DNA from: Candidatus Latescibacterota bacterium | Lineage (GTDB): Bacteria; Latescibacterota; UBA2968; GCA-2709665 | Assembly: GCA_965116875.1 (NCBI GenBank) | Contig: OZ220733.1 | Span: 3,520,001 to 3,584,000, forward strand | Direction of reading: 5' to 3' | DNA length: 64,000 nt | Translations under genes and position numbers: made by a program | The notes under the pieces: generated by a model | Seen by the model: only the letters and a program-made list of their open reading frames with translations | The model's database searches: none | Told to the model about the DNA's origin: nothing | Part shown: positions 30,428 through 40,900 of the stretch, in pieces | Layout: each line of letters opens with the position of its first letter | Numbering within the stretch: the stretch's first letter is position 1

Positions 30428-31403
30428 CCATGCCCCTTTGGTTTTTCTTCGCGAAATACACATATCCGTCTTTATCAGCCGCCACTATGACACCGTCGAT
30501 GTTGATATCTGTACTGATGGGTTTCAATTGTCTGTCGTAGACGTCTACATATACTCGAGAGATATCTGTATACAATCCTGATTCTCTTTGTGAGTAGCAG
30601 TAATAGACGAGTGAATCGTTAGTTGCGATACTGAGAGCACTGCCTGATGAAGAGATCTGAACCATAGCAGTGTTGGCCGATCTATCGAATTCGATTCTTG
30701 TTCCAAGATTTAGTTCCGGTCGGAGTCGAGTTTTTGTCACGTTACCTTCGTTCCCAAGTGCGACCAGCTCATAGGGCGTATTTGCACCGAATATGACGCC
30801 ACCTTCCCAGGCACGGACCATGCCGCCTGAAAGACTGCCGATTATCACACGCACATCCCGGTCACTGTGGCCGAGTAGGAGTTTTGCGGATCTCTCGACA
30901 TCATAACGATACAGAACGTACCCTTCGTTAAATCCCGCAACATAAGTGGTCCCGTCATGCGTTGCGGCAACTGATGTCGGATTTGCAATTTCGGTAACGA
31001 ATTTGTCCACTACTTGACCCTTGATATCGAATATCCAAACCTTGGCTTCTTCTGCAACGTACAACATTTCTTCCTTGTCGACGGCAATCGCGCGTGGGCG
31101 CCAGGATTGTTCTTTTCCAAGCGCCTTGGGCCTGATCACCGCGGCGTTGTTCGCTCGTGTGGAAACGCGAAAGACCTGACCACTCACTTTATCGCAGATA
31201 TACAGAGTTCCTCCGCGCCCCATCGCAACATCAGTAATTCTCATCGATCCTCGATTAGGCACGGCCTCGAGATTGATTTCCGACACTTCTAGAAATTCAC
31301 TTGCACTTGCTGAACCGTTTGTCCAGCAGCCACATAGTAGAATCATAGTCCACATAATCGGGACATAAGAGGAGCTTCTCAAGACCGAATTGGACAAATC
31401 CAT
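30384..31403 (-). CDS. secreted NHL/6-bladed beta-propeller protein
   Basis: Signal-like N-terminus; repeats DVAMGRGGTLYICD, PRAIAVDKEEMLYVAE, PTSVAATHDGTTYVA; GGAGG RBS. Confidence 0.7.
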   Translation of the reverse strand: MDLSNSVLRSSSYVPIMWTMILLCGCWTNGSASASEFLEVSEINLEAVPNRGSMRITDVAMGRGGTLYICDKVSGQVFRVSTRANNAAVIRPKALGKEQSWRPRAIAVDKEEMLYVAEEAKVWIFDIKGQVVDKFVTEIANPTSVAATHDGTTYVAGFNEGYVLYRYDVERSAKLLLGHSDRDVRVIIGSLSGGMVRAWEGGVIFGANTPYELVALGNEGNVTKTRLRPELNLGTRIEFDRSANTAMVQISSSGSALSIATNDSLVYYCYSQRESGLYTDISRVYVDVYDRQLKPISTDINIDGVIVAADKDGYVYFAKKNQRGMDGLYRGKFKYRSIE

Positions 31404-31547
31404 TCTGCAATTGCCTCCGTCAAATCTGACCTAAATTGACCCGAACCTTTCGGATTCCGACAACACACAATTTCTGCGAAACCGTTTCCTCCTCGCCCAA
31501 CCGAACCTTCAGCATACCTCTGTTATTTCAACTCAGTCACTTCCTGT

Positions 31548-32258
31548 TCAGGCTTTCCTAATATTTCGCTTTCGATATTCCACCGGGGAAACGCCATGTA
31601 TCCGTCTGAACGCTTCGTAAAGGCGTTTTGACGAACGGAACCCACATTCGGCCGCGACTTCCTTCATAGACATTTGCGTTTCGGTGATCAGTCGTTCAGC
31701 CCGAGCGATCCTGATCTCTCTCAGTTTTTCCAGAAATGGCATTCCAAGATGTTGCTTGAACAGCCTGCAACCGTATGACCGCGAGAATCGCATTTTACGC
31801 ATGGCGTCATTGAAACTCAGGTCCGGGTTGCTGTAATTTGCCTCCAGAAACGACTCCAACCATGTCTTCCAAGGACTCTGTGAATTCGGAGACGTGCATG
31901 ATGTCTCCTGTATTTCCTCGTGCTGTTTCGCGTTATCCAATTTTCCCACAAGTTCAAATTCGAGCGGTTCTTCTGTCAGATCGAGCGGCGCGGCTGGAGT
32001 GACGACGAACAGCCTGGCCTTGAATCCTTCAGTACTCGAGACGTTCAGTCCTGTTTTTTCTTGCACGTTTTGTACCCGCATGTCGACAGTTGCAATGTCG
32101 TGGTTTCGGCTGTTTGTATTCTTGAGTCCATCAAGCCCGGTTTTCGCGAAGAATATTTCAAATGGACCTTGACTCAAGAACTCCTCGAATGCCAATTTGA
32201 GGTCGGGCTCGCCAGCTAGAATGAGGACCTTCTGAGGTACCATATCATGCGTATTCAA
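31548..32258 (-). CDS. AraC family regulator with a degenerate receiver-like N-terminus
   Basis: SRSYGCRLFKQHLG, RIARAERLI, VAAECGF.S...FRRIHGVSPVEYR. Confidence 0.88.
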   Translation of the reverse strand: MNTHDMVPQKVLILAGEPDLKLAFEEFLSQGPFEIFFAKTGLDGLKNTNSRNHDIATVDMRVQNVQEKTGLNVSSTEGFKARLFVVTPAAPLDLTEEPLEFELVGKLDNAKQHEEIQETSCTSPNSQSPWKTWLESFLEANYSNPDLSFNDAMRKMRFSRSYGCRLFKQHLGMPFLEKLREIRIARAERLITETQMSMKEVAAECGFRSSKRLYEAFRRIHGVSPVEYRKRNIRKA

Positions 32259-32828
32259 AACGTGACTTCTCAGCCGATCCCTTCCTTAAATGAAGCCAAT
32301 TGCGCGGATGTCTCAGGACATCCGGTGATCCAAGATTGACATCAAATATCAATTATTCATCTTATTTGTATCCACGATCCCTGACTGCCGTTCAATTAGA
32401 GAATATTATAATATCGAATAATCCTCCCGCGCAAATCAAAAAGAATCCTTATATATGTCATATGCTCCGCAAATGTGCACTTCTCTATGTATCCCGTTCA
32501 ACGCGAACTGTGCTGTGTCGCATTGTGCGACAGTCTCTTGCATCTGTCACACGAGGGCGATTGTTGGGATGTTCAAACTGTATCAGACAAGGAATCTCAT
32601 GGGTTCGTCGCTATCAGAGAAATATAAGTGATACTTCTGTCAGTGAGATTTCACCTGGCTTCAGGACACCGGGGCGACCCTCCTTGACGCTCCATCCACG
32701 GCTCATTCATTCTTTCGTCTCATCATTTAATTCTCTTACCGCACGCATTCGGACCGGCTCCTCGACAAAGATGCGTTCAGCACGCCATGGCAAGTCGGGT
32801 TGGTGTCCCGCTTCCTGTCAATCTACCC

Positions 32829-32857
32829 TTGACTTTGTCAATGCCGGGCTATATGAT
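32829..32857 (+). promoter_or_regulatory. putative sigma70 promoter for a leaderless solA transcript
   Basis: TTGACT-17 nt-TATGAT, then 7 nt to ATG 32865 with no SD sequence. Confidence 0.6.
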
Positions 32858-32864
32858 CCGTCTT

Positions 32865-34022
32865 ATGAGAAAAGGCGTCGCGACGTTCGACGTTGTTGTG
32901 GCGGGCCTGGGCGCGATGGGCAGCGCCGCGGTATATCATCTGGCGAAACGCGGAATGCGGGTCGCCGGCTATGACCGGTTCCATCCGCCGCACGACCGCG
33001 GATCCTCGCACGGACACGCGCGGGTGATCCGAGAGGCCTACGCCAGCGGCCCCGGGTACGTGAATCTGATCCGGCGCGCGTACGCGCTCTGGGAAACGCT
33101 GGAAGACGAAAGCGGCGCGGAACTGGTCCGAACGTACGGCCATCTCTCCATGCGGCCGCCTGGCGGGGCCGAACGACTCGGCGTCCTCGAAAGCGCGCGC
33201 GCGTTCGATATTCCCGTCGAACGGGTCTCGGCGGAAGACGTGCGGCGGCGTTATCCGATGTTCCGGGTCGAAGACGGCTGGGAGGGCATCTTCGAGCCCA
33301 GGGCGGGCGCCGTGTTTCCCGAGGCGTGCATCGATGCGCATCTGAGGCTGGCGCAATCCGCCGGGGCAAAGCTGAATTTCGACTGCCCGGTGCTGGACTG
33401 GACCGCGGATGGAAGCGCGGTGCGGGTGAAAACGCGGTCGGGCGAGATCTCGGCCGGCAGGCTCGTCGTCTCAGCGGGCGCCTGGGTCTCCCGGCTGGTG
33501 GCGGGCCTGGCGCTTCCGGTGGAAATCGAACGGATGACGCTGTTTTTCTTTCGGCCATTGCGGAACGCGGGGATGTTCGTGTCCGACCGATGTCCGAACA
33601 ATACCTGGGTGTGCGAGAACGGCGTTTCATTCTACTGTCAGCCGGACTTCGGACGGGGTTTCAAGGCGGCATTGCATTGCGGGCGCGCCGGGGTTGACCC
33701 GGACGCCCTCGACCGGAACACGTCCTCGGACGACGAGGCTCAGATTCGTCCGCTCGTGGAGCGGTTCATTCCGGATGCGGCGGGGCCCGTTGTCGAAAGC
33801 CACGTGTGCATGTATACCAATCTTCCGGATACCAGATGGATTGTGGATTGCCATCCCGAAAACGAGCGGGTGATGATCGCTTCGCCGTGTTCCGGACATG
33901 GGTTTAAATTCTCGTCCGTGATTGGGGAGATTGTGGCAAAGACGTGCATGGGCGAAACCGATGCGGCGGATCCCGGGATATTCGGCATCGCGCCGCTCCT
34001 GGCGGGAGGATCGCGAACGTGA
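32865..34022 (+). CDS. solA: N-methyl-L-tryptophan oxidase / monomeric sarcosine oxidase family
   Basis: GLGAMGSAA, GSSHGHARVIREAY, CMYTNLPD, SPCSGHGFKF. Confidence 0.85.
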   Translation: MRKGVATFDVVVAGLGAMGSAAVYHLAKRGMRVAGYDRFHPPHDRGSSHGHARVIREAYASGPGYVNLIRRAYALWETLEDESGAELVRTYGHLSMRPPGGAERLGVLESARAFDIPVERVSAEDVRRRYPMFRVEDGWEGIFEPRAGAVFPEACIDAHLRLAQSAGAKLNFDCPVLDWTADGSAVRVKTRSGEISAGRLVVSAGAWVSRLVAGLALPVEIERMTLFFFRPLRNAGMFVSDRCPNNTWVCENGVSFYCQPDFGRGFKAALHCGRAGVDPDALDRNTSSDDEAQIRPLVERFIPDAAGPVVESHVCMYTNLPDTRWIVDCHPENERVMIASPCSGHGFKFSSVIGEIVAKTCMGETDAADPGIFGIAPLLAGGSRT

Positions 34023-34990
34023 CGATTCAGGACCACGTATCGTGGGCGGATTTCAATGACGACACACTGCGGTTTTCGCGGGCGATCGGCGCGGACATGA
34101 TCTGCCTGGACGTTCGCGCGATGCACAGGCTGGATCCCTCCATGGACCTGCGCGACGGCCGGGACAGCCGCCCGTTTTTCGAAGCGGCCAGGAAGAAGGT
34201 GGAAGCCCACGGAATGGCGCTGTTCAGCGTCTTCATGGCGGGATGGGACGAACTGGCGTTCGGCCTTCCGGACCGGGACGAAAAGCTTGAGGCGTGGTGC
34301 CGCATGCTGCGCTGTCTGGGCGAGGTTGGCATACCCGCGCTGGGCTACAACTTCAAACCCATGGGCAACTTCCGTACGGCCTCGACGCCCCCGGGCCGGG
34401 GCGGCTCCCGATACAGCACGTTCGATTACGAGGCGTTCTCAAAGAACAGGCCAAATCCGCACGATCCTCCTGTAGACGAGGCGGAGATCTGGGCGAACAT
34501 GAAGCGTTTTCTGGAGGTTGCCGTACCGGTGGCGGAGGAGGCGGGGGTGAGGATGGCGCTCCACCCCGATGATCCGCCCATCCCGGAGCCGCTCGGCGGC
34601 GTTGCGCAGATCGTGTCCACGCTGGAACAATACCGGCGAATCTTCGCGGCCGCGCCGGGTGACGGCAACGGGATGTTGTTCTGCCAGGGCTGCGTGACCG
34701 AAATGGGCGTGGACGTCTACGAGACCATCCGTGAGATGGGGCTTCGCAACAAGATCGTATTCGTGCATTTCAGGAACGTGCGCGGGGCCCTTCCCAGCTT
34801 CCAGGAAGTGTTTCTGGATGAAGGCGACGTGGATATGCGCAGGGCGATGGAGGTGTACAGGGAGGTCGGGTTCAACGGGCCGTTCATGATGGATCATACG
34901 CCGGGTATCCCCGGCGACGAGAAATCCAGGGCCGGGCACGCGTTTGCGGTAGGATATATCCGGGCGCTGATACAAACGGTCTATGAGTAG
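34019..34990 (+). CDS. mannonate dehydratase (UxuA)-like protein 1
   Basis: ALHPDDPP, FCQG, FVHFRNVRG, DEGDVDM, MMDHTP; GTG 34019 overlaps the solA stop. Confidence 0.85.
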   Translation: MTIQDHVSWADFNDDTLRFSRAIGADMICLDVRAMHRLDPSMDLRDGRDSRPFFEAARKKVEAHGMALFSVFMAGWDELAFGLPDRDEKLEAWCRMLRCLGEVGIPALGYNFKPMGNFRTASTPPGRGGSRYSTFDYEAFSKNRPNPHDPPVDEAEIWANMKRFLEVAVPVAEEAGVRMALHPDDPPIPEPLGGVAQIVSTLEQYRRIFAAAPGDGNGMLFCQGCVTEMGVDVYETIREMGLRNKIVFVHFRNVRGALPSFQEVFLDEGDVDMRRAMEVYREVGFNGPFMMDHTPGIPGDEKSRAGHAFAVGYIRALIQTVYE

Positions 34991-35024
34991 CGTTTATCGG
35001 TTACTTAAACGGGAGGACATTCAA

Positions 35025-35978
35025 ATGTACATCCAGGAACAGCTTCCGTGGGACCAGATCAACGACGATACGCTGAGTTTCTTCAAAGCGATCGGCGTGG
35101 ACTACCTCACGGTGAACAGCATACCTCACGATGTGCGTGAGGGCACGGATCGTACGGAACTCTGGCGGGACGTGAAGACGTTGGCCGAATCCCACGGGTT
35201 GAAGTTGACGAACCTGGCGGCAACGGGTTGGGACGAAATATCGCTCGCGCTGGATGACCGCGACGAGAAGATCGAGGCCTGGTGCCAGCTGTTGCGGAGC
35301 ATGGGCGAGGTCGGCGTTCCCACGCTGGGGTACAATTTCAAGCCGGCGGGGAATTTTCGAACCGCATCCGTACCCCCGGGCAGAGGGGGCGCCAGATACA
35401 GTACGTTCGATTACGAGAAGATGATGGAGGACCCGCCGTACTATCCGGACAAGGCCATCTCGGAGGAGAAGATCCTGGAGAATATCCAATACTTCCTGGA
35501 ACGCGTCATCCCGGTGGCGGAAGAGAACGGCGTTCGAATGGCGTTGCATCCCGACGATCCCCCGATTCCGGAACCCCTGGCCGGCGCCGCCAGGATCGTG
35601 TCCACCCTCGAACAGTATCATCACATCTTCGATATGGTCCCCAGCCGCAGCAACGCCATGTTGTTCTGTCAGGGCTGCGTCGCGGAGATGGGCGTGAACG
35701 TGTGCGACGCCATCCGGGATATCGGGGGCCGCGACAAGATCGTGTACGTGCATTTCCGGAATATCCGGGGCGGTCCCAGGAGTTTCCAGGAGGTTTTCGT
35801 GGACGAGGGAGACCAGGATATGTACGAGGCGATGCAGACCTATAAGGAAGTGGGTTTCGAGGGACCGTTCATGATGGACCATACGCCCGGTTTCCCGAAT
35901 ACGGATTCCACGTTCTGGGCGGGGCGCGCGTTTGCCGTCGGGTATATGCGGGCGTTGATCCAGGCCGTATATCGTTAA
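35025..35978 (+). CDS. mannonate dehydratase (UxuA)-like protein 2
   Basis: Same motifs as the upstream paralog; GGGAGG RBS. Confidence 0.85.
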   Translation: MYIQEQLPWDQINDDTLSFFKAIGVDYLTVNSIPHDVREGTDRTELWRDVKTLAESHGLKLTNLAATGWDEISLALDDRDEKIEAWCQLLRSMGEVGVPTLGYNFKPAGNFRTASVPPGRGGARYSTFDYEKMMEDPPYYPDKAISEEKILENIQYFLERVIPVAEENGVRMALHPDDPPIPEPLAGAARIVSTLEQYHHIFDMVPSRSNAMLFCQGCVAEMGVNVCDAIRDIGGRDKIVYVHFRNIRGGPRSFQEVFVDEGDQDMYEAMQTYKEVGFEGPFMMDHTPGFPNTDSTFWAGRAFAVGYMRALIQAVYR

Positions 35979-36021
35979 CCGATCGGTGTCCGGGCCCTGA
36001 CGGGCTGCACTGGAGGCGAGC

Positions 36022-37032
36022 ATGGCGAAGCGACGGAAGGAAGCAGAGACAATGGAGACCGGGAGCAAGAAGACCGTTCGCGTGGCGATGATCGGGGCGG
36101 GAGGACGCGCGACCAGCGCGCATTACCCCTCGCTCAAGGCACTGGAAGGCGTCGACATGGTTGCGATGTCGGAGCTGAGTGAACAGAGGATGGCCAATGC
36201 GGCCGAGCGGTTCGGCATTCCGGGGCAGTATTCGGATTACCGGCGGATGATCGAGAAGGAGAATCCGGATGCCGTCTACGCCATCATGCCGCCCCATCAC
36301 CTGTACGATATCGCGGCGACGGTGATGGAGGCGGGCTGCCATCTGTTTATTGAAAAACCCCCCGCGATGACAACCGAGCAGACCCGGCAGATGGCGCTGA
36401 TTGCACAGAAGCAAGACGTACTCACCGGCGTGACCTTCCAGAGGCGGTTCGCACCCGTTATCCGGTACGGGAAGGAACGCTGCGAAAGAAGAGGGGCCGT
36501 CCACAGCGCCGTGGCCACGTTCTACAAGAATGCCGTGGGCGGCGCGCCGTATTACAGGGGAGCGATCGATATCCTCACGTCCGACGCCATTCACGCTGTG
36601 GACACGCTCCGCTATCTGTGCGGCGGCGAGGTGGAATCCGTGGCCAGCGACGTCCGGCGGGAGGGCGCAACACATACCAACATATACCTTGCGCTGGTGA
36701 AGTTCAGCTCGGGCGCGACCGGCGTGCTGCTCACCAACTGGATGACGGGGCGACGTATCTTCTCCGTGGAAATCCATTCCCCCGGCATTTCGGTATTCGG
36801 GGATCCGGAAGAAGGCGGGCGGGTGTTCGCGGACAACAAGGACGAACCCGTGGAATTGCTCGATCCTTTCCGCCTCGGCGGCGGGGACGACACGTGGCGC
36901 GCGTACGGCGCGTACGACATCAACCGCCATTTTATCGAATGTGTCAGAGACGGGCAACAGCCGGAGACGTGTTTCGAGGATGCGGTGAAGACAATGGATC
37001 TGGTGGACCAAATCTATCAGTCGCAGATTTGA
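36022..37032 (+). CDS. Gfo/Idh/MocA family oxidoreductase
   Basis: VAMIGAGG, FIEKPP, FQRRFAP, AIHAVD. Confidence 0.9.
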   Translation: MAKRRKEAETMETGSKKTVRVAMIGAGGRATSAHYPSLKALEGVDMVAMSELSEQRMANAAERFGIPGQYSDYRRMIEKENPDAVYAIMPPHHLYDIAATVMEAGCHLFIEKPPAMTTEQTRQMALIAQKQDVLTGVTFQRRFAPVIRYGKERCERRGAVHSAVATFYKNAVGGAPYYRGAIDILTSDAIHAVDTLRYLCGGEVESVASDVRREGATHTNIYLALVKFSSGATGVLLTNWMTGRRIFSVEIHSPGISVFGDPEEGGRVFADNKDEPVELLDPFRLGGGDDTWRAYGAYDINRHFIECVRDGQQPETCFEDAVKTMDLVDQIYQSQI

Positions 37033-37041
37033 CGTCGTTTG

Positions 37042-37068
37042 GTAGCGCGAATTGCAAATTCGCGTTAT
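37042..37068. repeat. GTAG-type palindrome (second copy at 37921-37947)
   Basis: GTAGCGCGAATTGCAAATTCGCGTTAT and GTAGCGCGAATTGTCAGTTCGCGTTAC flank one gene. Confidence 0.65.
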
Positions 37069-37096
37069 GTCACGATTACCGGCGGAAAGGATTGAC

Positions 37097-37924
37097 ATGA
37101 AATACATCATGTTCACGAAACACCTGGAGGGCCTGGACGTGCCCGGCATAATCGCCGCGTTGAAATCGGTTGGCGTGGAAGGCGCGGACCTCTGCGTCCG
37201 ACCGGGTTATCCGGTACATCCGGAGAACGTCGAAACGGCCCTGCCGGACGCTGCCAGGCGGTTTGCCGATGAAGGACTGTCCATCCCTCTGGTCACCACG
37301 CCGGGTGACTTCACCAGGCCGGACCTGGACTACGCGGACCGTCTGTACGCGGCCTGCGGCGAAGCCGGCGTGGGTCATATCAAACTGGGGTACTGGCACT
37401 GGTCGGCGGGGATGGATTACTGGGAGGAACTGGACGCGGTGCGCGGGCACCTCGAAGGATTCCAGAGCCTGTCGGAGAAACACGGGGTCCAGACCGTGGT
37501 GCACAACCACTCCGGGCTCTCGATGGGGCTCAACTCCTGCGCGGCCATGAACGCGGTCAAGGGCTTCGATCCACGGCAAATCGGCGTGTTCGCCGATCCG
37601 GGGCACCTTTCCATCTGCGGGGAGCCGATTGAACTGGCGTTGAACATCGTCCGGTCGCACCTGTCGGTGGTGGCGCTGAAGGACCTGATCCGCCAGCCGC
37701 AGGTACAGAACGGCAGGACAACCTGGCGCACACGCGTCGTCCGGCTTGGCGAGGGATACGGAGACTGGCCGGCTTTGCTGCGCGCGTTCAGCGCGGTCAA
37801 CTTCGACGGACCCCTGAGCTTCCACAGCGAATACAGCGGGGAACCGGTGGACACGGTGATCGATCTGGCCAGATCGGACGTGCGGTTTTTCAATGCGCTC
37901 CGGAACGCGGGATCAAACCGGTAG
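37097..37924 (+). CDS. sugar phosphate isomerase/epimerase (xylose isomerase-like TIM barrel)
   Basis: GADLCVRPG, VHNHSG, ADPGH, ALKD, SFHSEY. Confidence 0.85.
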   Translation: MKYIMFTKHLEGLDVPGIIAALKSVGVEGADLCVRPGYPVHPENVETALPDAARRFADEGLSIPLVTTPGDFTRPDLDYADRLYAACGEAGVGHIKLGYWHWSAGMDYWEELDAVRGHLEGFQSLSEKHGVQTVVHNHSGLSMGLNSCAAMNAVKGFDPRQIGVFADPGHLSICGEPIELALNIVRSHLSVVALKDLIRQPQVQNGRTTWRTRVVRLGEGYGDWPALLRAFSAVNFDGPLSFHSEYSGEPVDTVIDLARSDVRFFNALRNAGSNR

Positions 37925-37933
37925 CGCGAATTG

Positions 37934-40900
37934 TCAGTTCGCGTTACCGGCCAGAACCGCCCTGCAATTCGCCCGGACCCGGAATCGCCCGTCTTGTTGG
38001 CGGAAAGCCGTGGCTGACGGCGTGACCTCTACCGTGTCTCCCGGCCCGACGTCGTAGAGATAGGCGACGTCGCCAATCCTGAACCCGGCGGTGAGGTCGT
38101 GTCTGCCCACCAGCCGGATGCCTGCATCCCGACGGACGCCGGGCGCGTGCGGAGCGAGTTCCACGTCCTCAACGGGAAGCCAGAATTCGTGGTCCCGGTC
38201 CGTGAGCCACGCGCCCCGGTAGTACCCCTGCGCCGCCATATACAGGTTGGTCTTCGTTGAGAGGCCGGTTCCATCCGGGTTGACACCCGTAATGACGAAG
38301 CGCCCGACCCGGAAACTGTCGGCGCTGAACCGGATGCGATAGCGCCTGCCTCTTCCTTCCACGGAAGTGATGTTGTACGCCGCCCGGCGGCGGGCGTTTC
38401 CGATGCGGGCGACGTTACCCTTGAGAGCCGCCTTGCGAAAGGCCAGGCTGTCGCGATCGCGTTCAACGGTAATGGTGGAAGACCCCGGATCGACTTCCGC
38501 GACCCGCCCCGATAGCGGACCTGAAATGGACAGGACGTGACCGCCGGCGCTGATGCTTCCCTGGCCGGACTGGTGCAGGGAGACCAGCCTCCCCTCAGTA
38601 TCGTGTCGAACCAATCCGAGGCTGCTGCCCGACGGACCGAGGGTGTGACGGATCGTATCTTCGCCGTATTGATGGCCGACCCGCAGCGCGAGTGCCTCGC
38701 CGCCGGCATCCAGTTGCTCTACTTCGTGGACCTTTCTTGTGTCCTTGAAGGGTTCGTGTACGGCCACGAAGCGGCTGGCCGCGCCTTCAGAGTCGTTCCG
38801 GAGCAGCACGTACGTCAGTTGTTTCGGGTTGCCTGGCTTCCTGGGGGGGTCACCGTGGGCGACAATGACCTCGTCCGAGGGCAGGAAGGTGCTATTCAGG
38901 CCGATGCCGCTTTTCATCTCGCGCCAGCTTGAGGACCACGCCGCGGTCGGATTCCCGCGCCGCGCGTCGTACAGATAGGAATAGCCGCCCCCCCGGTACG
39001 TGTAATACGAGCGTCCCTTCCTCAACGGATCGGTGAGGCCGTCGTCGTCGTAGATGGCGCCGAAGGGCACGTCCCGGCCGGCAAGCGTTCCCTGCTTCTG
39101 CGGCGGGGTAAGCGTGATTTCATTGGCGGAAAACTCGCCTTCGAACCCGTGCAGGCTGTAGTCGTGCCGCGTTCCACCCGCCACGCGGAAGCAGTCCAGG
39201 ACGTAGCGGGCGTCCTTTGCAATTTCGACCAGCGCGAGCGTCCGCCGGTATTCAGACGTATGGTGATAGGTCTCAGGGGCGTCAACCTGCACCCAGGTCA
39301 GGCCTCGCGCCGTCACGAATTGCTCCAGTCTGCCGGGACCCTGCGTATCCTGCCGGCGACCGTCCACGACGACCGTGGCGTGCGCCAGCGTGTTCTTCGT
39401 CCATACCGCGGGACGGTCTCCCTCCGCGGCGTGTTCGCCGTAGCCGAGGTCGGGGATGAGTTTCCGGCCGTACGCGAAGAGTTCGACGTTGAGACGGTCG
39501 AAATGCGCGTGCTCGGTGGCCGCCCTTCCATAATAAAGCGCAACGGCCGCACGCTCGCGGCCTCTTCCCGATCGCAGCAGGGCCAGGCCGAAGCCGCCCA
39601 TCAGCCGGCTTTCGGCGGCCATCTCCTTCAGTTCGGCGGCGCCGTCCGCGTGCGGCGGCGGCGGTTCCACCGCTTCCTCCAGCAGCGACTCGAAGCTGTT
39701 GAATCCGTTCGACTGCCGCCGAAGAAGCTCGCCGATGAAGGCGTCTCCCGTAGCCCTGTACGCGGTTCGCAGGGTCTCGGCGCCGAGGGAAACGTGGCCC
39801 CCGGTTGTCGTCCCGGCATCGCCGATGCACGGGGTGAAGCGGTCCAGGCACGTCATTTCCTCGGACCAGCGGTACATGCGCCTGAATTTGGGCCTGTCCC
39901 AGATCCGTACGCCCTGCTCTTCCAGAAGTCGGGCGATGACCGTGAGGTGCGTGACCCAGCTGCTGTTATAGCTGGGGGAACTCTCCCACCCCATGCCTTC
40001 CCGGAAGATCAGGTTGTCCAGGGCAAAGTTGGTCCCTTCCGCATGGGCGGCCTTGTCGCGAAAGATGTACCCGTCGAAATGGGTGAGCATCTCCTTCAGT
40101 TCCGTTGCTTCCCCCGTATTGTTCAACGTCCAATCTACGGCCCTGGCGATCTCATTCCGGTCTCCCGAGGCGAGCGCGGCGATCAACAGGGCTTCCTGGT
40201 GCCCGCCGTAGTTGCTCCGGACGTGGCCCCGATAGATTCCGTCGAGGCTTGCCCCGATGACGCCCGATTCGATCTTCCGCCGGAATCCGTCGGCGTCTGA
40301 ACCGAAGACGGGGTCGCCGGGGATGGCGTCGCGGACGGCGTCCAGCGCGTGGCAGAGTTGCCGAACGGTCCCGGATTCAGAAATGAGATCGTTCATCTTT
40401 CCGGTATAGCCGGGAGAGAATTCCAGGGCGTACATGGATTGGCTGCTGTAGTCCATGTGCGGATAGATTTCGGCCAGACGGTCCAGAATGACCAGCGCTT
40501 TGTGTGCGTACCGGCCGTCCCCGGTGAGCAGATAGGCCTGTGAAAGGGCCGTGAGGCCGGAAACGACCGCATTCCACGTGCTGCAGCAGCAGTAGGCGAT
40601 GAACCAGTGGCGGAAAGGACCGTCGTCGCCCCGCCAGCCCCATCCGTCGTCGGCGTACGGGCCGGTGAGCAGGCTGCGGTCTTCCATGCCGCTCCGGTAG
40701 AATGCCTCAAAATCATTGCTGGGATAGGATTCGCCGCCCACGGCGCAGGTGACGCGCCATCTGTCCTTGAAGGGATCGTGTATCCATCCGCCCTGTGCAT
40801 ATCCACCGTACCCATTCGGACCGCTGCCGTGGACGGGGCAGCCGCTGACGAAGTTGATGGTCCAGCTGCGCGGCACTTCAGGGCCGGGCATCAGCTCGCG

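Noticed and set aside
32300-32974. 224-aa ORF
   Set aside because: No recognisable motifs, crosses an AT-rich promoter region and overlaps solA out of frame.
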